Of a stretch of DNA of 27,605 bases, positions 9,757 to 17,357 are shown piece after piece; position 1 is the stretch's first letter, and each line of letters starts with the position of its first letter. Under the pieces are notes generated by a model. That model was not told where the DNA came from. It searched no databases and worked only from the letters and a program-made list of their open reading frames with translations. The position numbers and the translations under genes were made by a program. The DNA is from a virus (Duplodnaviria > Heunggongvirae > Uroviricota > Caudoviricetes), in IMG/VR virus record IMGVR_UViG_2534681674_000034, positions 1 through 27,605 of that record; one strand, given 5' to 3'.

Positions 9757-9984
9757 ATGCGAGTTGATGAACTTGTCCAGTTTTTTGGTTCTGTTCAGAG
9801 GGTTGCCGATTTTTATGGGATAACCCGCGAAGCTATTTACATGTGGCGTAAGCGTCCTGGTGAAATAGTTCCGAAGGGGAGGGCTGCGGAAGCTGCTGCA
9901 TACTCCAAGGGGAAATTATCTTTGAACCCAGAACTTTACAAAAAGAAGGATACCACTCAGGGCGAAGGAAAGGGGGATTCATGA
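9757..9984 (+). CDS. Cro-like / YdaS-like small HTH regulator
   Basis: 75-aa ORF, GGAGG SD 5 nt upstream, first gene rightward of the operators. Confidence 0.7.
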   Translation: MRVDELVQFFGSVQRVADFYGITREAIYMWRKRPGEIVPKGRAAEAAAYSKGKLSLNPELYKKKDTTQGEGKGDS

Positions 9985-10406
9985 AAATCAAACATGAGCA
10001 CATCCGCATGGCGATCAATGCCTGGGCCTATCCGGACGGTGAGAAAGTTCCTGCAGCTGAAATAGCCCGGACTTATTTCGAGCTGGGGATGACGTTCCCG
10101 GAACTGTACGACGACAGCCATCCGGAAGCCCTGGCTCGTAATACCCAGAAAATTTTCCGTTGGCTGGATAAAGACACCCCTGATGCTGTTGAAAAAATTC
10201 AGGCTCTGTTACCGGCGATCGAAAAGGCAATGCCGCCTCTGCTGGTGGCCCGTATGCGCAGTCACAGCTCTGAATATTACCGTGAGATCGTCGAACGGAG
10301 GGATCGGCTGGTGAAAGATGTGGATGATTTTGTCGCAGCGGCGATCGCCTGGGGCACCCTGACTAACAGTGGTGGTCAGCCTGGTAATGCTGTTGTCGTG
10401 CATTGA
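9981..10406 (+). CDS. CII-like / YdaT-like regulator
   Basis: 141-aa ORF MKIKHEHI...VVVH, start overlapping the cro-like stop (ATGA). Resembles YdaT N- and C-termini from memory. Confidence 0.65.
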   Translation: MKIKHEHIRMAINAWAYPDGEKVPAAEIARTYFELGMTFPELYDDSHPEALARNTQKIFRWLDKDTPDAVEKIQALLPAIEKAMPPLLVARMRSHSSEYYREIVERRDRLVKDVDDFVAAAIAWGTLTNSGGQPGNAVVVH

Positions 10407-10474
10407 CCAACAATATTCATGCCGGATTTCTTCCGGATGTTCGAGGGTAAAGTTCGGTATCAGATGAGGTGAGT

Positions 10475-11512
10475 ATGGCTAATGCCTGGCTCAGATTGTG
10501 GCATGACATGCCAAATGATCCCAAATGGCGAACCATTGCCAGGGTCTCAGGACAGCCAATCGCAACAGTGATGGCGGTGTATATCCACCTTCTGGTGAGT
10601 GCGTCACGAAATGTCACGACATGTCACGGCGTGTCACTACGTGGTCACATTGATGTCACGACGGAAGATTTAGCAAGTGCGCTTGATGTGACGGAAGACG
10701 TGATTGATTCAATTTTGCATGCAATGCAGGGGCGAGTTCTGGATGGTGATCTTATTTCCGGATGGGAAAAACGCCAGGTGATGAAGGAGGATAACGGTAA
10801 TGTTTCGCAAACCGCAAAATCCCCGGCAGAGCGCAAGAGAGCGCAGCGGGAGCGGGAAAGACTGCGGAAGCAGAACACTGATTGTCACGATGAGTCACGA
10901 CGCGTCACGCATATGTCACGACAAATCACGACAGATACAGATACAGATAAAGAATTAAACCCCACACATAACGCGCGCATGCGCGAGAGTGCTACGACCG
11001 GTGAGTTGAATGACGCGTCGTTGCAGACAGCCGAACCTGAATACCTGGACGGCCTGAGCGAACCGATCGGGAAATTTCCGATGACTGGAGTCTGGCAACC
11101 GTCGCCGGATTTTCGACAGCGGGCAGCAGTGTGGGGTATGGCTCTGCCTGAGCCTGAGTTTACACCTGCTGAGCTTGCCGCATTCCGGGATTACTGGATG
11201 GCGGAGGGGAAGGTTTTCACGCAGGTTCAGTGGGAGCAGAAATTTGCCCGCCACGTGCAGCACGTCAGGGCACAGGTAAAACCAGTCAGCAAGGGGGTAA
11301 GCCATGCAGCATCAGGTGGCACGGCATCACGGGCAGTTCAGGAAATCCGGGCAGCACGCGAACAGTGGGAACGTGACAACGGATTTATCAGCAACGGAAA
11401 CGGCCTGGAAGCTGTGGGAGCTTATGGGGGAGGTGTATTCGAACCGCTGGACACAGAAGAACGGGGCCGCACCTTCGAAGCTCTGGATTGCACAGATTGG
11501 CGCGATGACTGA
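10475..11512 (+). CDS. Replication initiator (lambda O-like functional analogue) with internal origin iterons
   Basis: 345-aa ORF from the ATG with GAGG SD (track gives a GTG at 10469). Contains two iteron arrays within the coding sequence. Followed by a P-like gene. Confidence 0.7.
   Translation: MANAWLRLWHDMPNDPKWRTIARVSGQPIATVMAVYIHLLVSASRNVTTCHGVSLRGHIDVTTEDLASALDVTEDVIDSILHAMQGRVLDGDLISGWEKRQVMKEDNGNVSQTAKSPAERKRAQRERERLRKQNTDCHDESRRVTHMSRQITTDTDTDKELNPTHNARMRESATTGELNDASLQTAEPEYLDGLSEPIGKFPMTGVWQPSPDFRQRAAVWGMALPEPEFTPAELAAFRDYWMAEGKVFTQVQWEQKFARHVQHVRAQVKPVSKGVSHAASGGTASRAVQEIRAAREQWERDNGFISNGNGLEAVGAYGGGVFEPLDTEERGRTFEALDCTDWRDD
10603..10659. repeat. Iteron array 1: six GTCAC(G) repeats at about 10-11 bp spacing
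   Basis: GTCAC at 10603, 10613, 10623, 10633, 10644, 10655. Confidence 0.7.
10884..10948. repeat. Iteron array 2 (four GTCACG plus one ATCACG at ~10 bp spacing) followed by GATACA x3 AT-rich tract
   Basis: GTCAC at 10884, 10894, 10904, 10915; ATCAC at 10925; then ACAGATACAGATACAGATAAAGAATTAAA. Confidence 0.65.
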
Positions 11513-11966
11513 GCAGCAAATCCGGCAGGTCTGCCGCCAGTGCATGGACTGCTGCCGGGCGGGTGAAACATGGCCTCCGGACCTGGCTGAGTTTGTGGCA
11601 CTGATTTCGAAAAGCGGAGCCAATCCATTCGGTCTGACGGTGGATGCTGTGATGGAGGAGTACTGCCGCTGGCGCAATGAGTCCTGGCGATACGACGGAA
11701 GTGATAAGTACCCGTGGTCTCAGCCTGTGCTGTATCACATTTGCCTCGAGATGCGTTCAAAGGGGATTGAGCGCCAGATGACCGAAGGGGAATTAAAACG
11801 GCTTGCAGAACGGCAACTGACGAAATGGGCAAAGCATGTTAGTAACGGCCTGAGCGTTCCGCCAGTCCGGCGACAACTGGCGGCCCCCAAACGCCCGTCG
11901 GGGCCAACGCCAATTGAGTTGCTGAAACAGGAATATGAACGCCGGAAAGCGGCTGGTTTTGTTTGA
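11304..11966 (+). CDS. Lambda P-like replication protein (helicase loader); start uncertain (11304, 11424 or 11505)
   Basis: C-terminal two-thirds resemble lambda P from memory (FVALI...YCRWR...YPWS...). ATG at 11304 has AGGGGG SD but overlaps the O-like ORF by 209 nt. Confidence 0.65.
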   Translation: MQHQVARHHGQFRKSGQHANSGNVTTDLSATETAWKLWELMGEVYSNRWTQKNGAAPSKLWIAQIGAMTEQQIRQVCRQCMDCCRAGETWPPDLAEFVALISKSGANPFGLTVDAVMEEYCRWRNESWRYDGSDKYPWSQPVLYHICLEMRSKGIERQMTEGELKRLAERQLTKWAKHVSNGLSVPPVRRQLAAPKRPSGPTPIELLKQEYERRKAAGFV

Positions 11967-11999
11967 GTTGAGAAGTGATTTTTTACCGGGAGGAAATTT

Positions 12000-12770
12000 A
12001 TGGAGACTGTTTTTGACGCACTGAAAGCGATGGGAAAAGCCACGTCGGTAGAGCTGGCTGCGCGCCTTGATATCAGTCGTGAAGAAGTACTGAACGAGCT
12101 GTGGGAACTCAAAAGAAATGGCGTCGTTGATAAAACTGGTCACACCTGGTTTCTGGCTGGCGAAGGTGAATCCCGGGTAACCGAAGAGCGGCCAGTAAAA
12201 TCTGAAGCACAGGATATGCTGACCGGGGAGGTCGAACAAAAAGTTACCGCAGACATGATGATTGAGTTTATCGGTCAGGATGGGGCTAAAACGTGTGAGG
12301 AACTGGCGGGTAAGTTCGGTGTCAGTACTCGCAAGGTTGCTTCCACGCTGGCGGTGGTAACCGCAACGGGGCGGCTGGCACGCGTTAATCAGAACGGTAA
12401 ATTTCGTTACTGCATGCCGGGCGATAATTTACCAGCAGAGCCGAAAGCCGCGCTGGTAACGGAAAGTGATGGTAAGGCCTTTCCTCAGCCAGCAGGTGCT
12501 GCGTTACCAGTCCGGGAAGCCGCAACACAGGAAGAAATTAAAACAGAAACTGTGGCGGACATTGTGCAGCCGTTGCCATCGTTTACCGAAACGCAAGCAG
12601 ATGAGCTGATTTTTCCGTCCCTTCGCAGGGCAAACCTGGCGCTGCGCAGGGCGAAAAGTGATGTTCAGAAGTGGGAGCGAGTCTGCGCCGCGCTGCGGGA
12701 GCTGAACAAGCACCGGGATATTGTTCGACAGATTACTGATTCTTCCCGCCGTGTTGTATCGGAAAAGTGA
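12000..12770 (+). CDS. Hypothetical protein with two winged-helix-like repeats
   Basis: 256-aa ORF with GGGAGG SD. Two segments resemble HTH/winged-helix modules. Confidence 0.55.
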   Translation: METVFDALKAMGKATSVELAARLDISREEVLNELWELKRNGVVDKTGHTWFLAGEGESRVTEERPVKSEAQDMLTGEVEQKVTADMMIEFIGQDGAKTCEELAGKFGVSTRKVASTLAVVTATGRLARVNQNGKFRYCMPGDNLPAEPKAALVTESDGKAFPQPAGAALPVREAATQEEIKTETVADIVQPLPSFTETQADELIFPSLRRANLALRRAKSDVQKWERVCAALRELNKHRDIVRQITDSSRRVVSEK

Positions 12771-12785
12771 TTGCCGGAGGCGCTT

Positions 12786-13208
12786 ATGGCAAAAGTATTT
12801 ACACAAGAAGAGCGGGAAAAAATTAAAGGGCAGGTTGTTGAACTAGTACGCCGGAGTGGGCGCGAGACGTTACGGCAACTGGAAGCCAAGACAGGTGCGA
12901 CAAGATATCTGATGAGCGTTCTCGCCAGAGAGCTGGTTGCCAGTGGCGATGTATACAACTCTGGTTACGGGTTATTCCCGTCTGAACAGGCTCGTAAGGA
13001 CTGGCAAAATGCCCGCAAAAAACTATCTAGGGCAAAGGTGAAGAAACCATCTGTGGTTGATCCGGATCTTATCTGGTCATTACCAGACGGAGAAATACGC
13101 CGCTACGACAGGCGTCTGAACATAATCTGTAGCGAGTGCCGGAAGAGCGAAGCTATGCAGCGTGTACTGGCTTTCTATCAGGGTAATTTTCAGAAGGTGC
13201 TGTTGTGA
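12786..13208 (+). CDS. Hypothetical protein, 140 aa
   Basis: ATG at 12786 preceded by GGAGG. No family recognised. Confidence 0.5.
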   Translation: MAKVFTQEEREKIKGQVVELVRRSGRETLRQLEAKTGATRYLMSVLARELVASGDVYNSGYGLFPSEQARKDWQNARKKLSRAKVKKPSVVDPDLIWSLPDGEIRRYDRRLNIICSECRKSEAMQRVLAFYQGNFQKVLL

Positions 13209-13313
13209 GCCAAATTAACAATCGGAACTTCGTGAAGAGAAAGCATAATCCAAATCTGAATAATTAAGTTCAGCACTGTAAATAAAATTTAATCCTTAAC
13301 TGGAGGTATATTT

Positions 13314-13526
13314 ATGTTAAATACACAGAAAGCCATTAATGCGGAAAAATATAACGAGTGGGCAAGAAAATTCTCTGAGCAGATTTTTAAAATTACTGGC
13401 GATGAGAATGTGGCAAAAAATGAATTAGAACCGTGGACACCTGAAGGAAACGCACCAAATTATTGCTGGTGGGAGGTTGATCCGGTTGATGCTGCAAATG
13501 AAGCCATGAGTTACCACAACGATTAA
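13314..13526 (+). CDS. Hypothetical small protein, 70 aa
   Basis: GGAGG SD 8 nt upstream. Lies in a stretch that looks AT-rich by eye. Confidence 0.5.
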   Translation: MLNTQKAINAEKYNEWARKFSEQIFKITGDENVAKNELEPWTPEGNAPNYCWWEVDPVDAANEAMSYHND

Positions 13527-13558
13527 TGTCGGGAGGCCGCCCGAAAGGGCGGTAAGAA

Positions 13559-13777
13559 ATGACTACATTATTCAGAAAAGAATATCCGCAAAAAAGTAGG
13601 GCGACAGAATTTTTGTTTCTCATTCTGTTTATCGTATTGATGATACCGATATCCCCTCTAATTTTTGTCTGGGCAATCGGGAAAATAATTGAGCCAGTTA
13701 CTGAATTGTATAACGACGTGGTATGGGCGTCATTCAACACACTGCACAATAAAATTAATCCGTATAAGGAAAACTGA
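13559..13777 (+). CDS. Hypothetical small membrane protein, 72 aa
   Basis: Single hydrophobic segment (FLFLILFIVLMIPISPLIFVWAIG). Preceded by a GCCGCCC-GAAA-GGGCGG hairpin. Confidence 0.4.
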   Translation: MTTLFRKEYPQKSRATEFLFLILFIVLMIPISPLIFVWAIGKIIEPVTELYNDVVWASFNTLHNKINPYKEN

Positions 13778-14042
13778 TATGGCAACTTTGACAAAAAAAG
13801 AACGGGCATGGTTGAACGAATTACAGGAAGTTCTTGATCGCTGTCCATCACCGAAAAAAATTGGCTTTTACACCATTGGCGATAAAAGCATTTACCTGTA
13901 TGACCTACGCCGCATGGATGAAATCATGGAGGCTCTTGATAATCGTTCGTCGATGGATTGGTGTGTTGCTGTTCATGATATGAATGCAGGGTTTGATGAA
14001 AAGATTTTGTTCCCCTCATCAGTTGAAAGCACTGCGGGTTAA
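13778..14042 (+). CDS. Hypothetical protein, 87 aa
   Basis: ATG at 13778 with AAGGAAAA upstream, abutting the previous stop. Confidence 0.5.
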
Positions 14043-14052
14043 GGAGTAACAC

Positions 14053-14940
14053 ATGACCACTATAACCAAAGAGCGACTGCTGACAATCAAGCAGTGGCGC
14101 GAAACATACGGACCGGGTAGCAACGTTGTGCTTCCAGCAGAAGAAGCGGAAGAGCTGGCACGGATTGCGCTGGCATCACTGGCAGCAGAGCCGGTGGCAA
14201 AGATTATAGCTCATTACCCATTAGGAGTTGACGTAGGCAAACAAAAATTCGTACAGGCCATTAGAGAGCTTCCTGACTTTGGCGGATATCTATTTGCCGC
14301 CCCTCCAGCGCCGATAGTGCCGGAAGAAATGTATTGGCAGGATGCGCCAGTTGAAGGCAGCAGCAAAGCGGCTGCATACGCTACAGGCTGGAACGATTGC
14401 CGCGAAGCCATGCTTCAGTCCGGAAACTTTCGGGAAAATAAAGATTCGTCAACCAATAATTTTCGGAAAATCCCGGAAGCGTCAACCAGCTCTCCGGTAA
14501 CTCCGGCTCTTCTGCCTGGTGGTTTCACCATTGAGGAGGCGAAGGAATTACATGAAGACCTGGTACGCAGCCACATAAGCAAGGCCTTAAGTGGCGAAAA
14601 GATGAAAAAGAAAGATCGCGATGCTGATTTGCGCTGGATTCATGGCGTTATAGTTCAGGCAGCGTGGTTTGTAAAAGCATCACTGGAGCAGAATGCACTA
14701 TCGGGCAACTATCCGGTAACTCCGGATAGTTGGATAAGCTGTAGTGAGCGAATGCCGGATACCAAAACAGCCGTTCTTGTTGCCAGGGATTTTGGCAGGA
14801 AAGGTGACTGGCGAATGAAATGGGCGACTTACATCCCGGGGCATCCTGACGCTAATGATGGGTGGATAATACCTGGTGCGTCGTGGATACCATCACACTG
14901 GATGCCTCTACCAGAACCGCCGCAGGAGGTGCGCCAATGA
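14053..14940 (+). CDS. DUF551-domain phage protein
   Basis: 295-aa ORF, AAGGAG SD. C-terminal WISCSERMPD...WMPLPEPP segment resembles the DUF551 family from memory. Confidence 0.65.
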   Translation: MTTITKERLLTIKQWRETYGPGSNVVLPAEEAEELARIALASLAAEPVAKIIAHYPLGVDVGKQKFVQAIRELPDFGGYLFAAPPAPIVPEEMYWQDAPVEGSSKAAAYATGWNDCREAMLQSGNFRENKDSSTNNFRKIPEASTSSPVTPALLPGGFTIEEAKELHEDLVRSHISKALSGEKMKKKDRDADLRWIHGVIVQAAWFVKASLEQNALSGNYPVTPDSWISCSERMPDTKTAVLVARDFGRKGDWRMKWATYIPGHPDANDGWIIPGASWIPSHWMPLPEPPQEVRQ

Positions 14941-15020
14941 ACTGGCCTGAAGCATTTGCAATTACAGGCGTTGCTATGGCTATCGCTTTTTTAGTATATG
15001 TTATTTGTCGGTGGGGGTAA
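14937..15020 (+). CDS. Tiny hydrophobic peptide, 27 aa (below ORF-track cutoff)
   Basis: Hand translation MNWPEAFAITGVAMAIAFLVYVICRWG. ATG overlaps the DUF551 stop (ATGA). Confidence 0.3.
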   Translation: MNWPEAFAITGVAMAIAFLVYVICRWG

Positions 15021-15055
15021 AAACGTTCGCCGGGATTAACACCAAAGGAGGGAAT

Positions 15056-15160
15056 ATGTCGGATGATATATCACTGGCAATGGAAGGTGCGCTGGCTGTT
15101 GTTGCTGTTGTGGGCGTTTACTGCCTGGTTGTGTTTTTGATGGATCGACTAGGGAACTGA
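15056..15160 (+). CDS. Tiny hydrophobic peptide, 34 aa (below ORF-track cutoff)
   Basis: Hand translation MSDDISLAMEGALAVVAVVGVYCLVVFLMDRLGN. Strong AGGAGGG SD. Confidence 0.35.
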   Translation: MSDDISLAMEGALAVVAVVGVYCLVVFLMDRLGN

Positions 15161-15406
15161 ATTCATTACGATATGGGAATTCCCATATCGGGTAAAAACG
15201 GTTTGCGGTAAAGCGAGAGTTAAGTAGAATTGCTGCGGGTGCTTGAGGCTATCTGCCTCAGGCATGAACACCAAAAGGCAGATAGAGAAAAGCCCCAGTT
15301 AACATTACGCGTCCTGCAAGACGCTTAACATTAATCTGAGGCCCAATCTATGTCTCACAAATGTAGGTTAGCCTCTTACGCGCCGAAAGGCAAGGAGAAG
15401 CAGGCT

Positions 15407-15562
15407 ATGAAGCAGCAAAAGGCGATGTTAATCGCCCTGATCGTCATCTGTTTAACCGTCATAGTGACGGCACTGGTAACGAGGAAAGACCTCTGCGAGG
15501 TACGAATCCGAACCGGCCAGACGGAGGTCGCTGTCTTCACAGCTTACGAACCTGAGGAGTAA
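15407..15562 (+). CDS. hok: Hok/Gef-family type I toxin (HokD/RelF-like), 51 aa
   Basis: Translation MKQQKAMLIALIVICLTVIVTALVTRKDLCEVRIRTGQTEVAVFTAYEPEE. AAGGAG SD. ORF extends 19 codons further upstream in frame to an ATG at 15350. Confidence 0.85.
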   Translation: MKQQKAMLIALIVICLTVIVTALVTRKDLCEVRIRTGQTEVAVFTAYEPEE

Positions 15563-15630
15563 GAGACCTGGCGGGGGAGAAATCCCTCGCCACCTCTGAT
15601 GTGTCAGGCATCCTCAACGCACCCGCACTT

Positions 15631-15660
15631 AACCCGCTTCGGCGGGTTTTGTTCTTTTTG
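15631..15660 (+). terminator. Intrinsic terminator after hok (copy 1 of a duplicated terminator)
   Basis: AACCCGCTTCGGCGGGTTTTGTTCTTTTT: GC stem with TTCG loop and T-run. Confidence 0.7.
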
Positions 15661-15806
15661 TGAAAAAAATTCCCTTAAAGGAGATTTTTTTAACTAAAAA
15701 GGTTTACTTTGCTTTCGTATATGGTAAATTTTAGGAATTAGAATTTAAGCGCCCATCAGGCTTGCGTTAGGCAAGTCTGCTAAATCAACAAATTGAGGAT
15801 AAAATC

Positions 15807-16166
15807 ATGGCACTCACTGAATTCGGTAAGGCCGTTAGAAAAGCGAGGATCGATACTGACAGTACTCTTCTGACTATGTCTCAAGAACTGGGCACTACGC
15901 CAGCGTTTCTTAGCGGTTTAGAAACTGGTAGCAAAAAAATACCTCTGAAGTGGGTTAAGAAGATTGATTCTTACTTCAAGGCCAAAGGTGTAGAAATTGA
16001 AGGGTTACAGGAGTTAGCGGCAGTTGCGAATGACTCAGTTCCAGTAAACGGTTTGTCTCAGCAACAGAAAATGCTTGTAGCGGGATTCGCTAAGTCGCAG
16101 TTTACGCCGGAACAGCTAAAGAGTTTTGCAGATTTATTGCAAAAGATTAATAACAATGAGGGGTAA
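15807..16166 (+). CDS. HTH-XRE family transcriptional regulator
   Basis: 119-aa ORF, GAGGA SD. HTH-like segment LLTMSQELGTTPAFLSGLETG. Confidence 0.75.
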   Translation: MALTEFGKAVRKARIDTDSTLLTMSQELGTTPAFLSGLETGSKKIPLKWVKKIDSYFKAKGVEIEGLQELAAVANDSVPVNGLSQQQKMLVAGFAKSQFTPEQLKSFADLLQKINNNEG

Positions 16167-16168
16167 TT

Positions 16169-16645
16169 ATGTATCAAATGAGAGGTAACAGGGTGTCACC
16201 GATGCAAGAAGAAGAAATAGCCTACAGAGCTATAAACTTCTGTAATGCTATTGGTCTTACAGCCTCAAAGCGCAAAAGAAAGCGTTATGATATGTTCTTT
16301 GAAAGCCTGTCAATTTATGGGGTTACTCTTGACGTCAGGACCGACAAAGAGTGGGAGGCTCTGACGTATGATCTAACTATCGGACATTGTGACCCCGCTT
16401 CTCTAACAATTACGGTTCCCAATAAAATATATGTGAATGCTTGCCTTGGGGAAGAGCATGCGCTTGCTGTTATCTTCCACGAGCTAGGTCATTTGCTTCT
16501 TGGACACAAAGCAGTTTTACACTTTTCAGTTAAAGAACCTACTCGTATTGAGGATGCAGAATGGCAGGCAGATACATTTGCGGATATCGTACTGGAAACA
16601 ATTGGCGTGAGAACACAACAGATGTCGTTCGATTTTTATATGTAA
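16169..16645 (+). CDS. ImmA/IrrE-type zinc metallopeptidase (COG2856-like)
   Basis: 158-aa ORF with HELGHLLLGH (HExxHxxxxH). GAGGGG SD. Abuts the XRE gene with a 2-nt gap. Confidence 0.75.
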   Translation: MYQMRGNRVSPMQEEEIAYRAINFCNAIGLTASKRKRKRYDMFFESLSIYGVTLDVRTDKEWEALTYDLTIGHCDPASLTITVPNKIYVNACLGEEHALAVIFHELGHLLLGHKAVLHFSVKEPTRIEDAEWQADTFADIVLETIGVRTQQMSFDFYM

Positions 16646-16809
16646 AAGCCCTGCGCTAACAGGGCTTTTAGGGACGGAAAGTGCGCTAACACATTCCGTA
16701 GTGTATGGAGATAATCCAATCACAACACTTTTTGTAGACAAGCGAAGTGTAGTGGTTCTCCCAACAAAGTGCAACCTGTGTGGATTCACAGGTGAGCAGG
16801 GAAAACGAA

Positions 16810-16962
16810 ATCATGGCAATGGGTACCTGTCGCAAATGTGGCTGTCCATGTGAGATCATTTTTCGCTACTCTGTGTGTGTAGATGGTGTAATGCGCCACG
16901 CGAAAAAAGGGAAGCCTTTCCCGATCCCACTTTGCAGTTGTAGTGGCAAGCACGCAGCTTGA
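16810..16962 (+). CDS. Small Cys-rich (zinc-ribbon-like) protein, about 50 aa
   Basis: MAMGTCRKCGCPCEIIFRYSVCVDGVMRHAKKGKPFPIPLCSCSGKHAA. Start inferred at the internal ATG of the 60-aa track ORF. Confidence 0.4.
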   Translation: MMAMGTCRKCGCPCEIIFRYSVCVDGVMRHAKKGKPFPIPLCSCSGKHAA

Positions 16963-16978
16963 TGTTCAGTACTGACAA

Positions 16979-17008
16979 AACCCGCTTCGGCGGGTTTTGT
17001 TTTTTCCT
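16979..17008 (+). terminator. Intrinsic terminator (copy 2, 23 bp identical to copy 1)
   Basis: AACCCGCTTCGGCGGGTTTTGTTTTTTCC. Confidence 0.7.
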
Positions 17009-17077
17009 GGCATTCTGGTTTACAATTCGCACGTCAGCCTGAACAACTGGCACCTGCTGCGCCAGCAGAGAAAGACG

Positions 17078-17356
17078 ATGGCGCACAATACCAAATCACA
17101 CAATTCTGATAATTCAGCTGTCTTTGCCAGCAGGCACGGGCGGCGTTCCCGCACATTCAAATCTGATTGGTACCAGCATCCCCCATGTACTGAAGAACAA
17201 GCTGAATGGCTAATTCAGTGCTACCGCAGACACGGATACGGGATTAAGAAAGCCCTCAGCCTCGATTATCGTCACTGGATAATCTCCGTCAGGCTTCCTT
17301 ACTCTGAACGCCCACCGCGTCCGTCCCGCACATTCCAGCAACGCATCTGGAGGTAA
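17078..17356 (+). CDS. Hypothetical basic protein, 92 aa
   Basis: Internal ATG of the track ORF 16997..17356 (whose TTG start lies inside the terminator). Weak SD. Confidence 0.35.
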   Translation: MAHNTKSHNSDNSAVFASRHGRRSRTFKSDWYQHPPCTEEQAEWLIQCYRRHGYGIKKALSLDYRHWIISVRLPYSERPPRPSRTFQQRIWR

Positions 17357-17357
17357 C

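Noticed and set aside
10603-10929. Short direct repeats considered as a CRISPR array
   Set aside because: Repeat unit is only 5-7 bp at about 10-bp spacing, inside a replication-initiator gene. This is the pattern of origin iterons, not 28-37 bp CRISPR repeats with spacers.
11327-12239. Minus-strand ORFs (116-148 aa) over the P-like gene and downstream
   Set aside because: Antisense to supported plus-strand genes. Pro/Arg/Ser-rich translations typical of GC-rich antisense frames.
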